The notes under the pieces were generated by a model. The model ran no database searches and had not been told where the DNA came from. It saw only the letters and a list, made by a program, of their open reading frames with translations. Shown piece by piece: positions 28,184 to 37,399 of a stretch of 64,000 nt of DNA. The translations under genes and the position numbers were made by a program. Within the stretch, counting starts at the first letter, position 1, and every line of letters begins with the position of its first letter. Origin of the DNA: Candidatus Cloacimonadales bacterium (GTDB taxonomy: Bacteria; Cloacimonadota; Cloacimonadia; Cloacimonadales; JAIOQZ01); assembly GCA_963662655.2 (NCBI GenBank), contig CAXXTU010000002.1:2080001-2144000 (forward strand). Direction: 5' to 3'.

Positions 28184-29515
28184 TTATTTCCCAAGCTTTT
28201 CGCGGCGTTTCTGCAGGAAGAACCCTATGTTACCGAGGATGATGAACAGGATGATCATCAAGTGGGCAACCGTCTGGGCATTCATGCCGATACGAGCCAT
28301 TTTGAATTTGTAGAGGACGTTTTCGCCGGTGATCGTGATGCCCTCGTCGGCGTCTTTCACGATTTCCTTGCTGAAACGTCTCGAGTCGGGAATCAACATA
28401 TCGTCGCCGGCCATAACGTAGCGATCGAATCGATTGATCTTCTTCTCGTCACCGGTCTGCTTTTTTTCTTTCATCGCCTTGGTGATGTAGAAACCTTCGT
28501 CGTTTCTTACCAGGTTGGTGCCATCGACCTTTACCAGGTTACCACCAAAGTCGCGAACGCGACGAGCATTCTCAGAGAGGACAACGTTTCCGTTTTCATC
28601 TTTGATATGGAAGCCGTCCTTACGTTCGTAGATGCTCATGCCGACTTCGTCGAAGGTCTTGTCTTCGATGCGGCCCATGAACTGAGGCTTTTTCACCTTT
28701 ACCAGATTTCCGTCGTAATCGCGGATAAGGTTCTTGCCGGTAGCTTCGAGTTTGTGGTTGGCAAACACGTCAACCAGCTCTTCGTACTCGGCAGCGCCCT
28801 TGAGACCGCCGAGGATACCCACGAGCTGGCCTGTCTGAATGTAGGGATACTGGTCGGCAGCCATAACGGCGGTGATACCCGCGGCAACCTTCGCGCCGAA
28901 GCGTGCACGGGCGAATGTGTACCATGTACCGCCGGCAGAGGATGCCGAGAACTCGATGATGAAGTTCATCTCGTTGTAGTTGGTGATATCCTTCATGGCA
29001 TCGAGGTTTTCAATGTTGCGACCCTCGGCGTCCGTTTCCACGGCCTTGGCGATGTTGTCGCCCATACCGAGAACGATCGGCATGTAAAGGGCGGCGGGTT
29101 TGTAGCCGAAGTTGATATAGTCTTCACCCGATTTGATGTTCGGGAATTCTTCTTTCACGGTGGTGATCGCGAAGTCCATCAGCGGAGAAGCGACCGGAGT
29201 GAAGCAGAGTGTGAAGACGCGAACTTTACGCAGGAAGCAGTGACGCAATACGGAGACTTCCATCGGGAAGAGCTCCGGCATGGTTCCGGCATCGTGCGAG
29301 AACACGAGAAGAACGGCCTTTTCCTGGAATTCCTTTTCACCTTCCTCGGTGATCCGGCCGGCGTAGGAATCGATAAGCTGATAGATGTTCTCCACCGGCT
29401 CCGTCGTGTAGGTACGCTGGTTGAACGGAATCAGGAACGGAATAATGATAGCGAGCGCGACCACGATATAGATGTATCGTCTATCGAGGTGTTGAAGTTT
29501 GTCGAATAAGTTCAT
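28184..29515 (-). CDS. Membrane-anchored alpha/beta protein of the DUF6754-type operon with an internal repeat insertion
   Basis: N- and C-terminal TM; DYINFG; YPYIQTGQLVGILGGLKGAAEYE; AGGAGG RBS before ATG 29515. Confidence 0.88.
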   Translation of the reverse strand: MNLFDKLQHLDRRYIYIVVALAIIIPFLIPFNQRTYTTEPVENIYQLIDSYAGRITEEGEKEFQEKAVLLVFSHDAGTMPELFPMEVSVLRHCFLRKVRVFTLCFTPVASPLMDFAITTVKEEFPNIKSGEDYINFGYKPAALYMPIVLGMGDNIAKAVETDAEGRNIENLDAMKDITNYNEMNFIIEFSASSAGGTWYTFARARFGAKVAAGITAVMAADQYPYIQTGQLVGILGGLKGAAEYEELVDVFANHKLEATGKNLIRDYDGNLVKVKKPQFMGRIEDKTFDEVGMSIYERKDGFHIKDENGNVVLSENARRVRDFGGNLVKVDGTNLVRNDEGFYITKAMKEKKQTGDEKKINRFDRYVMAGDDMLIPDSRRFSKEIVKDADEGITITGENVLYKFKMARIGMNAQTVAHLMIILFIILGNIGFFLQKRREKLGK

Positions 29516-29529
29516 GGTTCCCCTCCTTA

Positions 29530-30156
29530 TCAATCACCGCCACCCAGATAGGTGCGTTCGATTCCAAGTATGATCTTCAGTGAGGTTGCCACCATGCCCA
29601 GACCAACGCCCAACGCGATACCGCGTTTCGCGGCAAGGTTCGGAACGTTGAGGATCCAGGTCGTCGTTTCGGGAATGCCGATTTTTAGTGCGGCGCCCAG
29701 CGGGATACGTCCCAGCATCACGATGATAGCCGCAACCAGCAGAACGGTTGCCTCGATAGAGCGTGCGCGGAATGCCTTGTACGCAGCCGACGCGATGTAG
29801 AACGCCAGCAGCGAGAACATCGTCGCGCCCAGCGGCATCTGGATATTCTCGAATATCCACATATAGGGCGTTCCATCCTGGCGGCCCCAAATGAAGCCGG
29901 CTGCCGCCGTGCCAATCAGGCCCACGAATACAAATACACTATACTGCCAGTTATGTGCTTTTCTCTGGATTTTTGTGCCGTGAATCATGAACAAGCTCAT
30001 CACACCGAGGAGCACGAGAAACGGCGACATCGCCTTCGTCCATACCAGGTACCATTCGAAATAGAAGTCCTGGGATATCTTATGAGGAATGAAGACATGT
30101 GCCACAAAGGTGAAACCAAGTATGATCACGATCAGTAATGGAATGGTTCGTTTCAT
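29530..30156 (-). CDS. Conserved integral membrane protein of the DUF6754-type operon
   Basis: About 6 TM; PLGATMFSLLAFYIASAAYKAFRAR; AAKRGI..G..LG..LGIER. Confidence 0.88.
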   Translation of the reverse strand: MKRTIPLLIVIILGFTFVAHVFIPHKISQDFYFEWYLVWTKAMSPFLVLLGVMSLFMIHGTKIQRKAHNWQYSVFVFVGLIGTAAAGFIWGRQDGTPYMWIFENIQMPLGATMFSLLAFYIASAAYKAFRARSIEATVLLVAAIIVMLGRIPLGAALKIGIPETTTWILNVPNLAAKRGIALGVGLGMVATSLKIILGIERTYLGGGD

Positions 30157-30166
30157 CTATCCTCCT

Positions 30167-33100
30167 CTATTTGTCCGGGAATGCTCTGATGAAGAAGGTC
30201 AGGTGGGACGACGAGAGCGCCGTACCGATGATGACCAGCGCCAGAATAATGAACTTGGCGTAGTCCTGAGCCTTCAGGGTTCCCAGCATCAGGGGCTCGC
30301 GGGCAAGGTAAGCCGCGGCCGCATACAATTCTTCACCGATAAGTGTGTAGTCACAAGTGGTAATAAAGAACGGGATCTGCGTAACCGCGTCCGTTCCGGA
30401 AATCTGAATCGCACCGGTGGTGCTACCGGTTTCGGTCATAATCAGCGATTCGGCGTAGAACATTCCAAGATAGAAGTTCGTTGCAGTTCTCTCGCGGATC
30501 ATGATACCGTTAACGCCGGCAACGTAAGCGAACTGAGACGTCGTCAGGAAGAACACGCTACCTTTATCGTAGGTGTCCGGGCGGCCAGCCTCATAGTGCG
30601 CTTCTTTCACGATTTCCTGTGCAATCGGCATGACGATGTAGTCGCGGCATGGAACGATAAGCTTCGTATCGTATTCGGCCGCCTTCTTCGCCACCTTGCC
30701 CAGAATCGCCAGCGCTGCAAGCGTTGCAACGTCGTTGAGACCAGACATACTCGGTACGAACAGGATCGGACGACCCATCTCCGTAGCGCGTCCGATCGCA
30801 TTATCGATTTCTTCGATACCGGCGATCGGGCGGAGATAGAAGTCGTGGCCCTTGCGTGCGCGACTGATCATGAAGAATACCATCCCACCGAAGATGATGG
30901 TTGCGATCAGCATGGCCCACTTGGAGGTGTCGAACCAGTTCGAGACAGGGAAGAACCTTTCGTTGCCTTTTGCGTCTTTGTAGACTTCCGACATACGGAA
31001 TGCAGCCTGACCGTCCGACTTGATCATGCGGTACTTGAAGTTACGGGCTGCTTTCTCGCGGATCTTCGCGATAAAGTGATTTCTTTTCTTATCGTCTTTA
31101 ATTTGGGCTGCTTTCGCAAGGATTTCGTTGTCAAGCTGTGCCGAGTAGTGATCGATATACATCTGAAAGTGATCTTTTTCGGCATCGGTGGCAGCGGAAT
31201 CTCGCTTTGCAGTGTATTCGTCAACGATCTCCTGAGCATCTTTCTTGTCTTCCTCGAGCACGGATCCGTAGATCGGGATGCTGATGGAAGCCTCGTTCTC
31301 GTAGTCGTAGTTTACAGACAACGAGGTGCTCACCAGGACAATACCTTTGTCCGCGTCATATTCGGAGACGCCTTTGAAGATACTGCGCTCGTAATTAATG
31401 GTGTCGTCGAGCTGACGCATGAAGCCGGAGAGTTTCTTCGCTTCGCGGAAATTGGCCGAGTTTGCCGGCTGCTTTGTGATCATGTAGTAGTAATCATCCA
31501 CGATCTCTGCGCCGTGCATCAACTTCCCTGGTTCCATCGAACGGGAGGTGTCGTTGAAGAAGAGTTCCTGCGTCAACACGTAGTCATCGCCAATCTCTTC
31601 GTCGTGGTTGGTTTTAAAGCGCATCGAGATCGTTACGCCATCCTTCAGATTGTAGCCGTTCGAGGCGGATACCTTGATCTTGTTATCCTGGTAGAACTCG
31701 TTGACGGTGTCAATCTGATTGCCGTCTTTATCAAAGACGTCGAAGTACATATTATAAATCTTGAAATGCTTGTTGGTCTGCGTTTCGTAGTTGACCAAGA
31801 GCTTCTTGATCGTGGAACGAATCAGTTCGCCGTCTTCGTCTTCTTCACGATCTTCGGAAATGATAACCGCTTTGGTAAGGTTCACGATGGGTTTACCCCA
31901 GAAAACGGTGTTGTAATCGCCTTTGTCGTTCTCCTTGTCTTCCACGGTAATGGCCGGAAGAGCTGGGAGGTCGGCATCGGATATCGTCTTTGTAACGATC
32001 GGATCCGAGAATGTCTCGAAACCGGGGTAGTTCTCGTCCGGATACTCGATAAGCGAGAATACGAACAGGTAGTCTCCCATCATTTCGGGATCGATCGGAA
32101 CATTGATACGATTATCTTCATCCTGGATAGCCCACGCACCGTTTTCATCCTGAGTCATATCAACATAGCAGGTTTTCACGGATGTGTAGGGGTAGGCCGT
32201 CGGACGTGTAAAAATGCGCTGGGCAGGATTCTCCACCGGATTCTCGATCTCGGGGATCACTGCGCTTGTATCGATCTTGCTCGCCAGAAGGTTCTTTTCC
32301 TGCTGTTTCAACTGAGCGACATACTGCTGGAATACCGGCAGGTCGTCCTTGTGCATCATGTACACGTTGTGGGAACGGATATCGTCGTTGTTCAGCGGAA
32401 GCGACCACTCGAACTGCAAGCGGTGGATGTCGTTCACGTATACCGAGTAAAATTCCTTCGTTTTCTCCGGTGCGTTGTTTCGCGGCGTCCCGGCCTGCGG
32501 TTCGCAATACGGGAGGAACTTACCGGTTTGGTCCACTGCAAGGACCGTGTACAGGTACTCGTGATCGGGGATCAGTTTCTTGTACATGGTAAGCTGGCGA
32601 ATTGCCAGCCCTGCGTAGGTCTCGATTTCAGGCCCTTCGTCTTCTTCTTCGCCCTCACCTTCTTCCAGATCGCCTTCAGCCTCTTCTTCAGCGGGAGCTT
32701 CGCGCTCGATCTTGGTGGTGTGGTAGTAGAATTCCTTCTTGGGGATAACGCCCAGTATTCGATAGTGCTTCAGCATGGGACCGGTTATCGAAAGGTCCTT
32801 GGGCAGTTCCTGGTAAAGCGGACTATCTGGCGCTTGCTGTTTTTCCTTTTTCAGCTTGCCGGACGCCCGGACATCCAGGAAATAATTGTAGCTTTTGTCG
32901 TAGAAATACATACGATCAGAAGCCACGCCTGTCTTGGGGTTGACAGGAATGCGTCCGATATAGAACAGCGAATCGCTGCTTATACCTCGATACACCCTGT
33001 ACTCAATGATTCGCGCTTCTTTGGGAAGCGGCTCCCAACTGATCTGCAACCCCGTGCCGTCATCGTCGGCAACATCCTCCACCACAAGATTCTGAACTTT

Positions 33101-33184
33101 CATGTCTTGTGCTGCAAGTGGGATCCAGAGCAGTACCAGGAGTGTTGATAGAAACAAGCCGGATAAGAACCGTCGTACAATCAT
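30167..33184 (-). CDS. Large ectodomain (FN3-like) plus C-terminal DUF6754-type membrane domain, paralogue 1
   Basis: Signal peptide; acidic loop EEEAEGDLEEGEGEEEDE; C-terminal domain highly similar to 24648-27452; ATG 33184 chosen on RBS spacing (GTG 33187 is the alternative). Confidence 0.88.
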   Translation of the reverse strand: MIVRRFLSGLFLSTLLVLLWIPLAAQDMKVQNLVVEDVADDDGTGLQISWEPLPKEARIIEYRVYRGISSDSLFYIGRIPVNPKTGVASDRMYFYDKSYNYFLDVRASGKLKKEKQQAPDSPLYQELPKDLSITGPMLKHYRILGVIPKKEFYYHTTKIEREAPAEEEAEGDLEEGEGEEEDEGPEIETYAGLAIRQLTMYKKLIPDHEYLYTVLAVDQTGKFLPYCEPQAGTPRNNAPEKTKEFYSVYVNDIHRLQFEWSLPLNNDDIRSHNVYMMHKDDLPVFQQYVAQLKQQEKNLLASKIDTSAVIPEIENPVENPAQRIFTRPTAYPYTSVKTCYVDMTQDENGAWAIQDEDNRINVPIDPEMMGDYLFVFSLIEYPDENYPGFETFSDPIVTKTISDADLPALPAITVEDKENDKGDYNTVFWGKPIVNLTKAVIISEDREEDEDGELIRSTIKKLLVNYETQTNKHFKIYNMYFDVFDKDGNQIDTVNEFYQDNKIKVSASNGYNLKDGVTISMRFKTNHDEEIGDDYVLTQELFFNDTSRSMEPGKLMHGAEIVDDYYYMITKQPANSANFREAKKLSGFMRQLDDTINYERSIFKGVSEYDADKGIVLVSTSLSVNYDYENEASISIPIYGSVLEEDKKDAQEIVDEYTAKRDSAATDAEKDHFQMYIDHYSAQLDNEILAKAAQIKDDKKRNHFIAKIREKAARNFKYRMIKSDGQAAFRMSEVYKDAKGNERFFPVSNWFDTSKWAMLIATIIFGGMVFFMISRARKGHDFYLRPIAGIEEIDNAIGRATEMGRPILFVPSMSGLNDVATLAALAILGKVAKKAAEYDTKLIVPCRDYIVMPIAQEIVKEAHYEAGRPDTYDKGSVFFLTTSQFAYVAGVNGIMIRERTATNFYLGMFYAESLIMTETGSTTGAIQISGTDAVTQIPFFITTCDYTLIGEELYAAAAYLAREPLMLGTLKAQDYAKFIILALVIIGTALSSSHLTFFIRAFPDK

Positions 33185-33402
33185 CACTCATTCTCCTTGT
33201 CTGTTATCTATGCTATGTGTTATAAAAAACATTCTAATTGCAGGACTTATCAAATGGTATACCTCCGTTACCCAGATACTTTTTTTTCAGTATATTAAGA
33301 CTTCACTTTTTCAGGCAAACAGCAACCTTGTCAAATGATTTTCAAGATTTGCATCAATATGCAGTTAAAAATATGCCGAACTCCGAAGCCCCATTTCACT
33401 AA

Positions 33403-33418
33403 TGCAATGCACGTGCCA
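33403..33418 (-). promoter_or_regulatory. Consensus sigma54 promoter of the DUF6754-type operon
   Basis: Minus strand TGGCACGTGCATTGCA is a perfect TGGCACG-N4-TTGCA. Confidence 0.75.
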
Positions 33419-33562
33419 ATCTGAATCCACGCGCACATATATATATAAGAATGTAGAACGCGCCACACTCATCGCAGGAATGGCATCTCTTTGATTGACA
33501 CTTTGGTGGGCCTTCGAACTCTTGACCGCAAATAAAAATATTCATGAAAAGGTGGTTTTACA

Positions 33563-35143
33563 ATGATCTACATAGACGGACGCTCTCTCACACTGGATCA
33601 GATTCGAAGCGTAGCGCGCGACCGCGAGCAGGTAGCGCTGACCGATGAAGCGAAGAAGCGCGTACAGCGCTGTCGCGATGAGGTCGATCGCATTATCCGC
33701 GACAAGAAAGTTGTTTACGGAATCAATACCGGCTTCGGCGCACTCAAGGATAAGCGGATTCCGGCCGACAAGCTGCGCCAGTTACAGCGCAATCTGATTA
33801 TCAGCCACTCAACCGGCGTAGGCAAGTACCTCCCCGTCGATGTGGTTAGAGCCATGATGCTTCTCCGCGCCAATTCACTTTCCAGCGGATTTTCGGGCAT
33901 CCGGCTCACCACGCTGCAAACGCTGATCGACATGCTGAACAAAGGCGTTCATCCGGCGGTTCCCGAACAGGGTTCTGTGGGCGCGAGCGGGGACCTCGCT
34001 CCACTGTCGCATATCGCGCTCGTGATGACGCGCGACGAGAGCGAAGACTGCGTGGAATGCAGTGGGCGTGTGATCATTGAGGAAAACCGGCATCGCGACG
34101 ACTTCCGGGTCAAGACCGTCACCGGCTACGAAGCCATGCACAACGCGGGTATTGATCGCGTTGTCCTGGATGCGAAAGAGGGACTCGCCCTCAACAACGG
34201 AACCAACATGATGACCGCCGTTGCCGTTTTGGCCGTCTGCGATGCAAAGGTATTGCTCAATAACGCGGTGAAGATTTTCACTGCCTCGCTGGAGGCCCTG
34301 CGCGGCGTTTCGGACGCGTATCATCCGCGTATCCACGAGCTCCGCCGCCAGAAGGGACAGCAGCTTATCGCCCAGCAGGTGCGCGAAAACTATTCCGGCA
34401 GCAAATTGATCGATTCCAGACAGGGTGAAGTGCAAGACAGCTATTCTCTCCGGTGCTTCCCGCAGGTCGTGGGGCCCATCAAGGCGACGATCGATCTCGT
34501 GATGCCCATAATCGAACGGGAAGCGAACGCCGTAACCGACAATCCGCTCATCATTCCCGATGCGGAAGACGGCAAGACATTCCTCTCGGGCGGTAACTTC
34601 CACGGCGAACCCATCGCGCTCGCAAGCGATTACATGAAAATCGCCATGGCGGAACTGGGCAACATCTCCGAGAGACGCATCTTCAAGCTGACCTCGCAGT
34701 ACATCAGCCACGGGCTCCCCAGCATGCTCACCAGCGACCCCGGTCTGCAAAGCGGCGTGATGATTCTCCAGTACACGGCGGCAGCGCTCGCGTCGGAGAA
34801 CAAGGTGCTCGCCCATCCGGCTTGCGTGGATTCAATCCCCACCAGCGAAGACATGGAAGACCACGTATCCATGGGGCCGATCGCGGCACGACAGTTTCGG
34901 GAAATCCTCGAGAACGTGAAACGCATTATCGCGATCGAATACATCACGGCCTGCCAGGCTCTCGATATGCGTTTGCGCATCGACAAAGAGTTCCACGACC
35001 TGACGGCAGAGGAACTTTTCGGGAAAGAGACGCTCGTCATATACAAAAAACTGCGTGAGAAAGGCGTGGAGTTCTGGGAGACGGACAAAGTCGCTTACAT
35101 CGATATCGAGAAAGCGATCGAGCTTCTGGAGGATGAGCTGTAG
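33563..35143 (+). CDS. hutH: Histidine ammonia-lyase
   Basis: VYGINTGFG, LIISH (Ser-His HAL specificity pair), GSVGASGDLAPL (MIO), QDSYSLRC.PQV, GGNFHGEP, EDHVSMG. Confidence 0.93.
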   Translation: MIYIDGRSLTLDQIRSVARDREQVALTDEAKKRVQRCRDEVDRIIRDKKVVYGINTGFGALKDKRIPADKLRQLQRNLIISHSTGVGKYLPVDVVRAMMLLRANSLSSGFSGIRLTTLQTLIDMLNKGVHPAVPEQGSVGASGDLAPLSHIALVMTRDESEDCVECSGRVIIEENRHRDDFRVKTVTGYEAMHNAGIDRVVLDAKEGLALNNGTNMMTAVAVLAVCDAKVLLNNAVKIFTASLEALRGVSDAYHPRIHELRRQKGQQLIAQQVRENYSGSKLIDSRQGEVQDSYSLRCFPQVVGPIKATIDLVMPIIEREANAVTDNPLIIPDAEDGKTFLSGGNFHGEPIALASDYMKIAMAELGNISERRIFKLTSQYISHGLPSMLTSDPGLQSGVMILQYTAAALASENKVLAHPACVDSIPTSEDMEDHVSMGPIAARQFREILENVKRIIAIEYITACQALDMRLRIDKEFHDLTAEELFGKETLVIYKKLREKGVEFWETDKVAYIDIEKAIELLEDEL

Positions 35144-35152
35144 GCGTTACGT

Positions 35153-35371
35153 CTATTTTCCGTTTATCAACCGATTCGCATCTTCGGTCATGTTCGGGAA
35201 AAGGTCCATCGGCACTTTTTCCCGACCAAGGCTTTTGAATACCATATAGCGCGCGCAATCCTCGTTACTGCCGAGACAATAGCGCTTCTTCATCATGTCC
35301 GCGATGGACGGCATGTTTTGCATGTTATCGTTGAAAAAAGGACACTTGGGAAGGCACTCACAGTTTGGCAT
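35153..35371 (-). CDS. Small Cys-rich conserved hypothetical protein
   Basis: C..CPFF...YC...CARY...VP.DL.PN; GAGG RBS. Confidence 0.75.
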   Translation of the reverse strand: MPNCECLPKCPFFNDNMQNMPSIADMMKKRYCLGSNEDCARYMVFKSLGREKVPMDLFPNMTEDANRLINGK

Positions 35372-35506
35372 AGCGTATCTCCTCTCAAAGATTAGTATGC
35401 AAAAATATACAACAATCCTGCATGAAACGTCAAAGAATTTTTACATATTAACTATCTTTCACCCAAGAAGCTGTCGCACGATCGAGCCTATACACAGTTA
35501 TCCTCC

Positions 35507-35537
35507 AAAAAAGAAGCCCCGCCAAAAGGCGGGGCTC
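35507..35537 (-). terminator. Intrinsic terminator
   Basis: Minus strand GAGCCCCGCC-tttt-GGCGGGGCTT followed by CTTTTTT. Confidence 0.8.
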
Positions 35538-35672
35538 AGGAGGTTACTTACAGCTACCTTTTCTCACACTACTACGTTTCTACATCTGTCAGGTTCAAAT
35601 TCACAGATGATCATTGTGGCATTTTGCTTGCATATTCTTCGGAGGATTCAAGCATAACTAAGCCAAATGACA

Positions 35673-37399
35673 CTACTTCAGGAGAATCATTTTATTCACA
35701 TGCGTATAACCGTCCGATTTCATTTTGCAGAAGTAAACGCCACTCGATACCGATTTTCCCCGTTCATCCATACCGTTCCAGACGATCGAATGCGGACCGG
35801 CTTCAAGAACATCGCTTACAAGCGTTTTCACTTTCTGACCCTTCAGGTTATACACTTCCAATTCGACTTTAGACTTATTCGCAAGACTGAATTTGATATT
35901 CGTTTCGGGGTTGAAGGGATTGGGGTAGTTACCGTAGAGGCTTGTTACCGCAGACACGGCTTCGTCGTTCGCACCCATTCCGTGATAAGTGAACTGGTAT
36001 GTATCGATCGGAGACTTACCGACTACATATACGGCCTCGATGCCAACCTCATACGTCTCACCGGGCGTCAAACCCAGCAGTTCATAATCGAACTCCGTAT
36101 CGGGATACAAGTCCAAATCAACAACAGTAATAGCCTCTTCACTCACCGTAATCATCTCGTAACAGACGGTTTCAACCAGTATTTCATCGACGAAGATATT
36201 GTAATACATCGGGAAGTACTTGGGGGCCTGACTGAAGTCGTCGCTACCATTGGTCTGATACCACCAGGTTGCATTAAACTGCTGCATGACTTCCCAAGGT
36301 GTTTCTATGAGCGCATAGTTATCGAGGTGCTGGAACACACCATAATGATCGGTCGACGTATTATGGTAAACGGCGAAATCGCCAAATCCGTCCGGGCTTG
36401 TGTCCTTGTCCCACAGTGCGATATGTTCACTTCCATAACTCAACGTTGAAGCATCGGTGAGTTGATTGATATTCGTAGCCGGGGATGCCGCGTGTAATGT
36501 TGATCCGCAGCATACCGAGTTATACATCCATATCCTCTCGTGGTCGATGGGACCTTCGTGAATCCAGGAGGCCGCGCCCCACAGGAGCTGCACGGAATCT
36601 TCATCATCCCCGAACGATGCCGGTATAGGATCACCTTCATAGGGCCAGAGAAAACCCCACATAATCGGCGCTCCCATGTGCATAATGGTACCGCCGATGA
36701 TATCGCCCTGCCCGGGATTGCGCCAGCTCATTGTCCCTTCCGTTTGGTTGAAACTAACATCGGCAGCCGATTCCAGTTCATGAAAGTACATCTCGTAGCG
36801 CGCTGCCGGCCGCATCATGGCTGAGACACTTCCGTCGCTGTAGTTAACGGATATCCCAACATAGTAGTTCTCTCCGTATTCCAAGTCCGTGAGCAACCAC
36901 GTGAGATCGGTCGTATTCGCCAGAAATACACCATTCAGTGAGATGTCGTAGGAGATGGGTTGCGGCGCGTCTTCGCTGACAGTCTCAGGCGCTTCCCACA
37001 CCATTTGCGAGGACAATCCGTCATAGTTGTTGGTAAACACGACTTCGTCCGGATTCGGGTAAAACGGATTGCTCAGATAGATGTCAATTGTGGTTATCTC
37101 CGATTCCCACTATTGTATACTGCTTGCACACCAATCGTGTGAACCATGTTTTGTGTGAAATCTGAATACGAGAATTTATGACCAGTGATGTAATATGCTT
37201 CTTCCATTTGGTCGTCCCAATACGCATTGACACTCAATACACTGTCGGCCGACTCAAACGTCCAGGTGGCGATCACATTACCGCACCCTCCGTCGGGATA
37301 GAAGTATGCTCGAACGGATTGAATCTCGGGCGCTTCATACTGCGCAAAAAGACCGACTACCAGGATTAAAAAGACCAGAGACAAGTAGATTCTTCTCAT
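35673..37399 (-). pseudogene. Secreted FN3-like protein with FlgD-Ig C-terminal domain, split by a 1-nt frameshift (ORFs 37094-37399 and 35673-37040)
   Basis: Signal peptide is in the upstream ORF and the sorting domain (YPNPFNPET..KMILLK) in the downstream ORF; adding one G at the GGG at 37106-37108 gives AVYNSGESEITTI read-through. Confidence 0.75.

Noticed and set aside
28262..29509. 415-aa plus-strand ORF
   Set aside because: Antisense shadow of the 443-aa operon gene
30089..33148. 1019-aa plus-strand ORF
   Set aside because: Antisense shadow of the DUF6754-type gene; no motifs, and explained by codon bias on the coding strand
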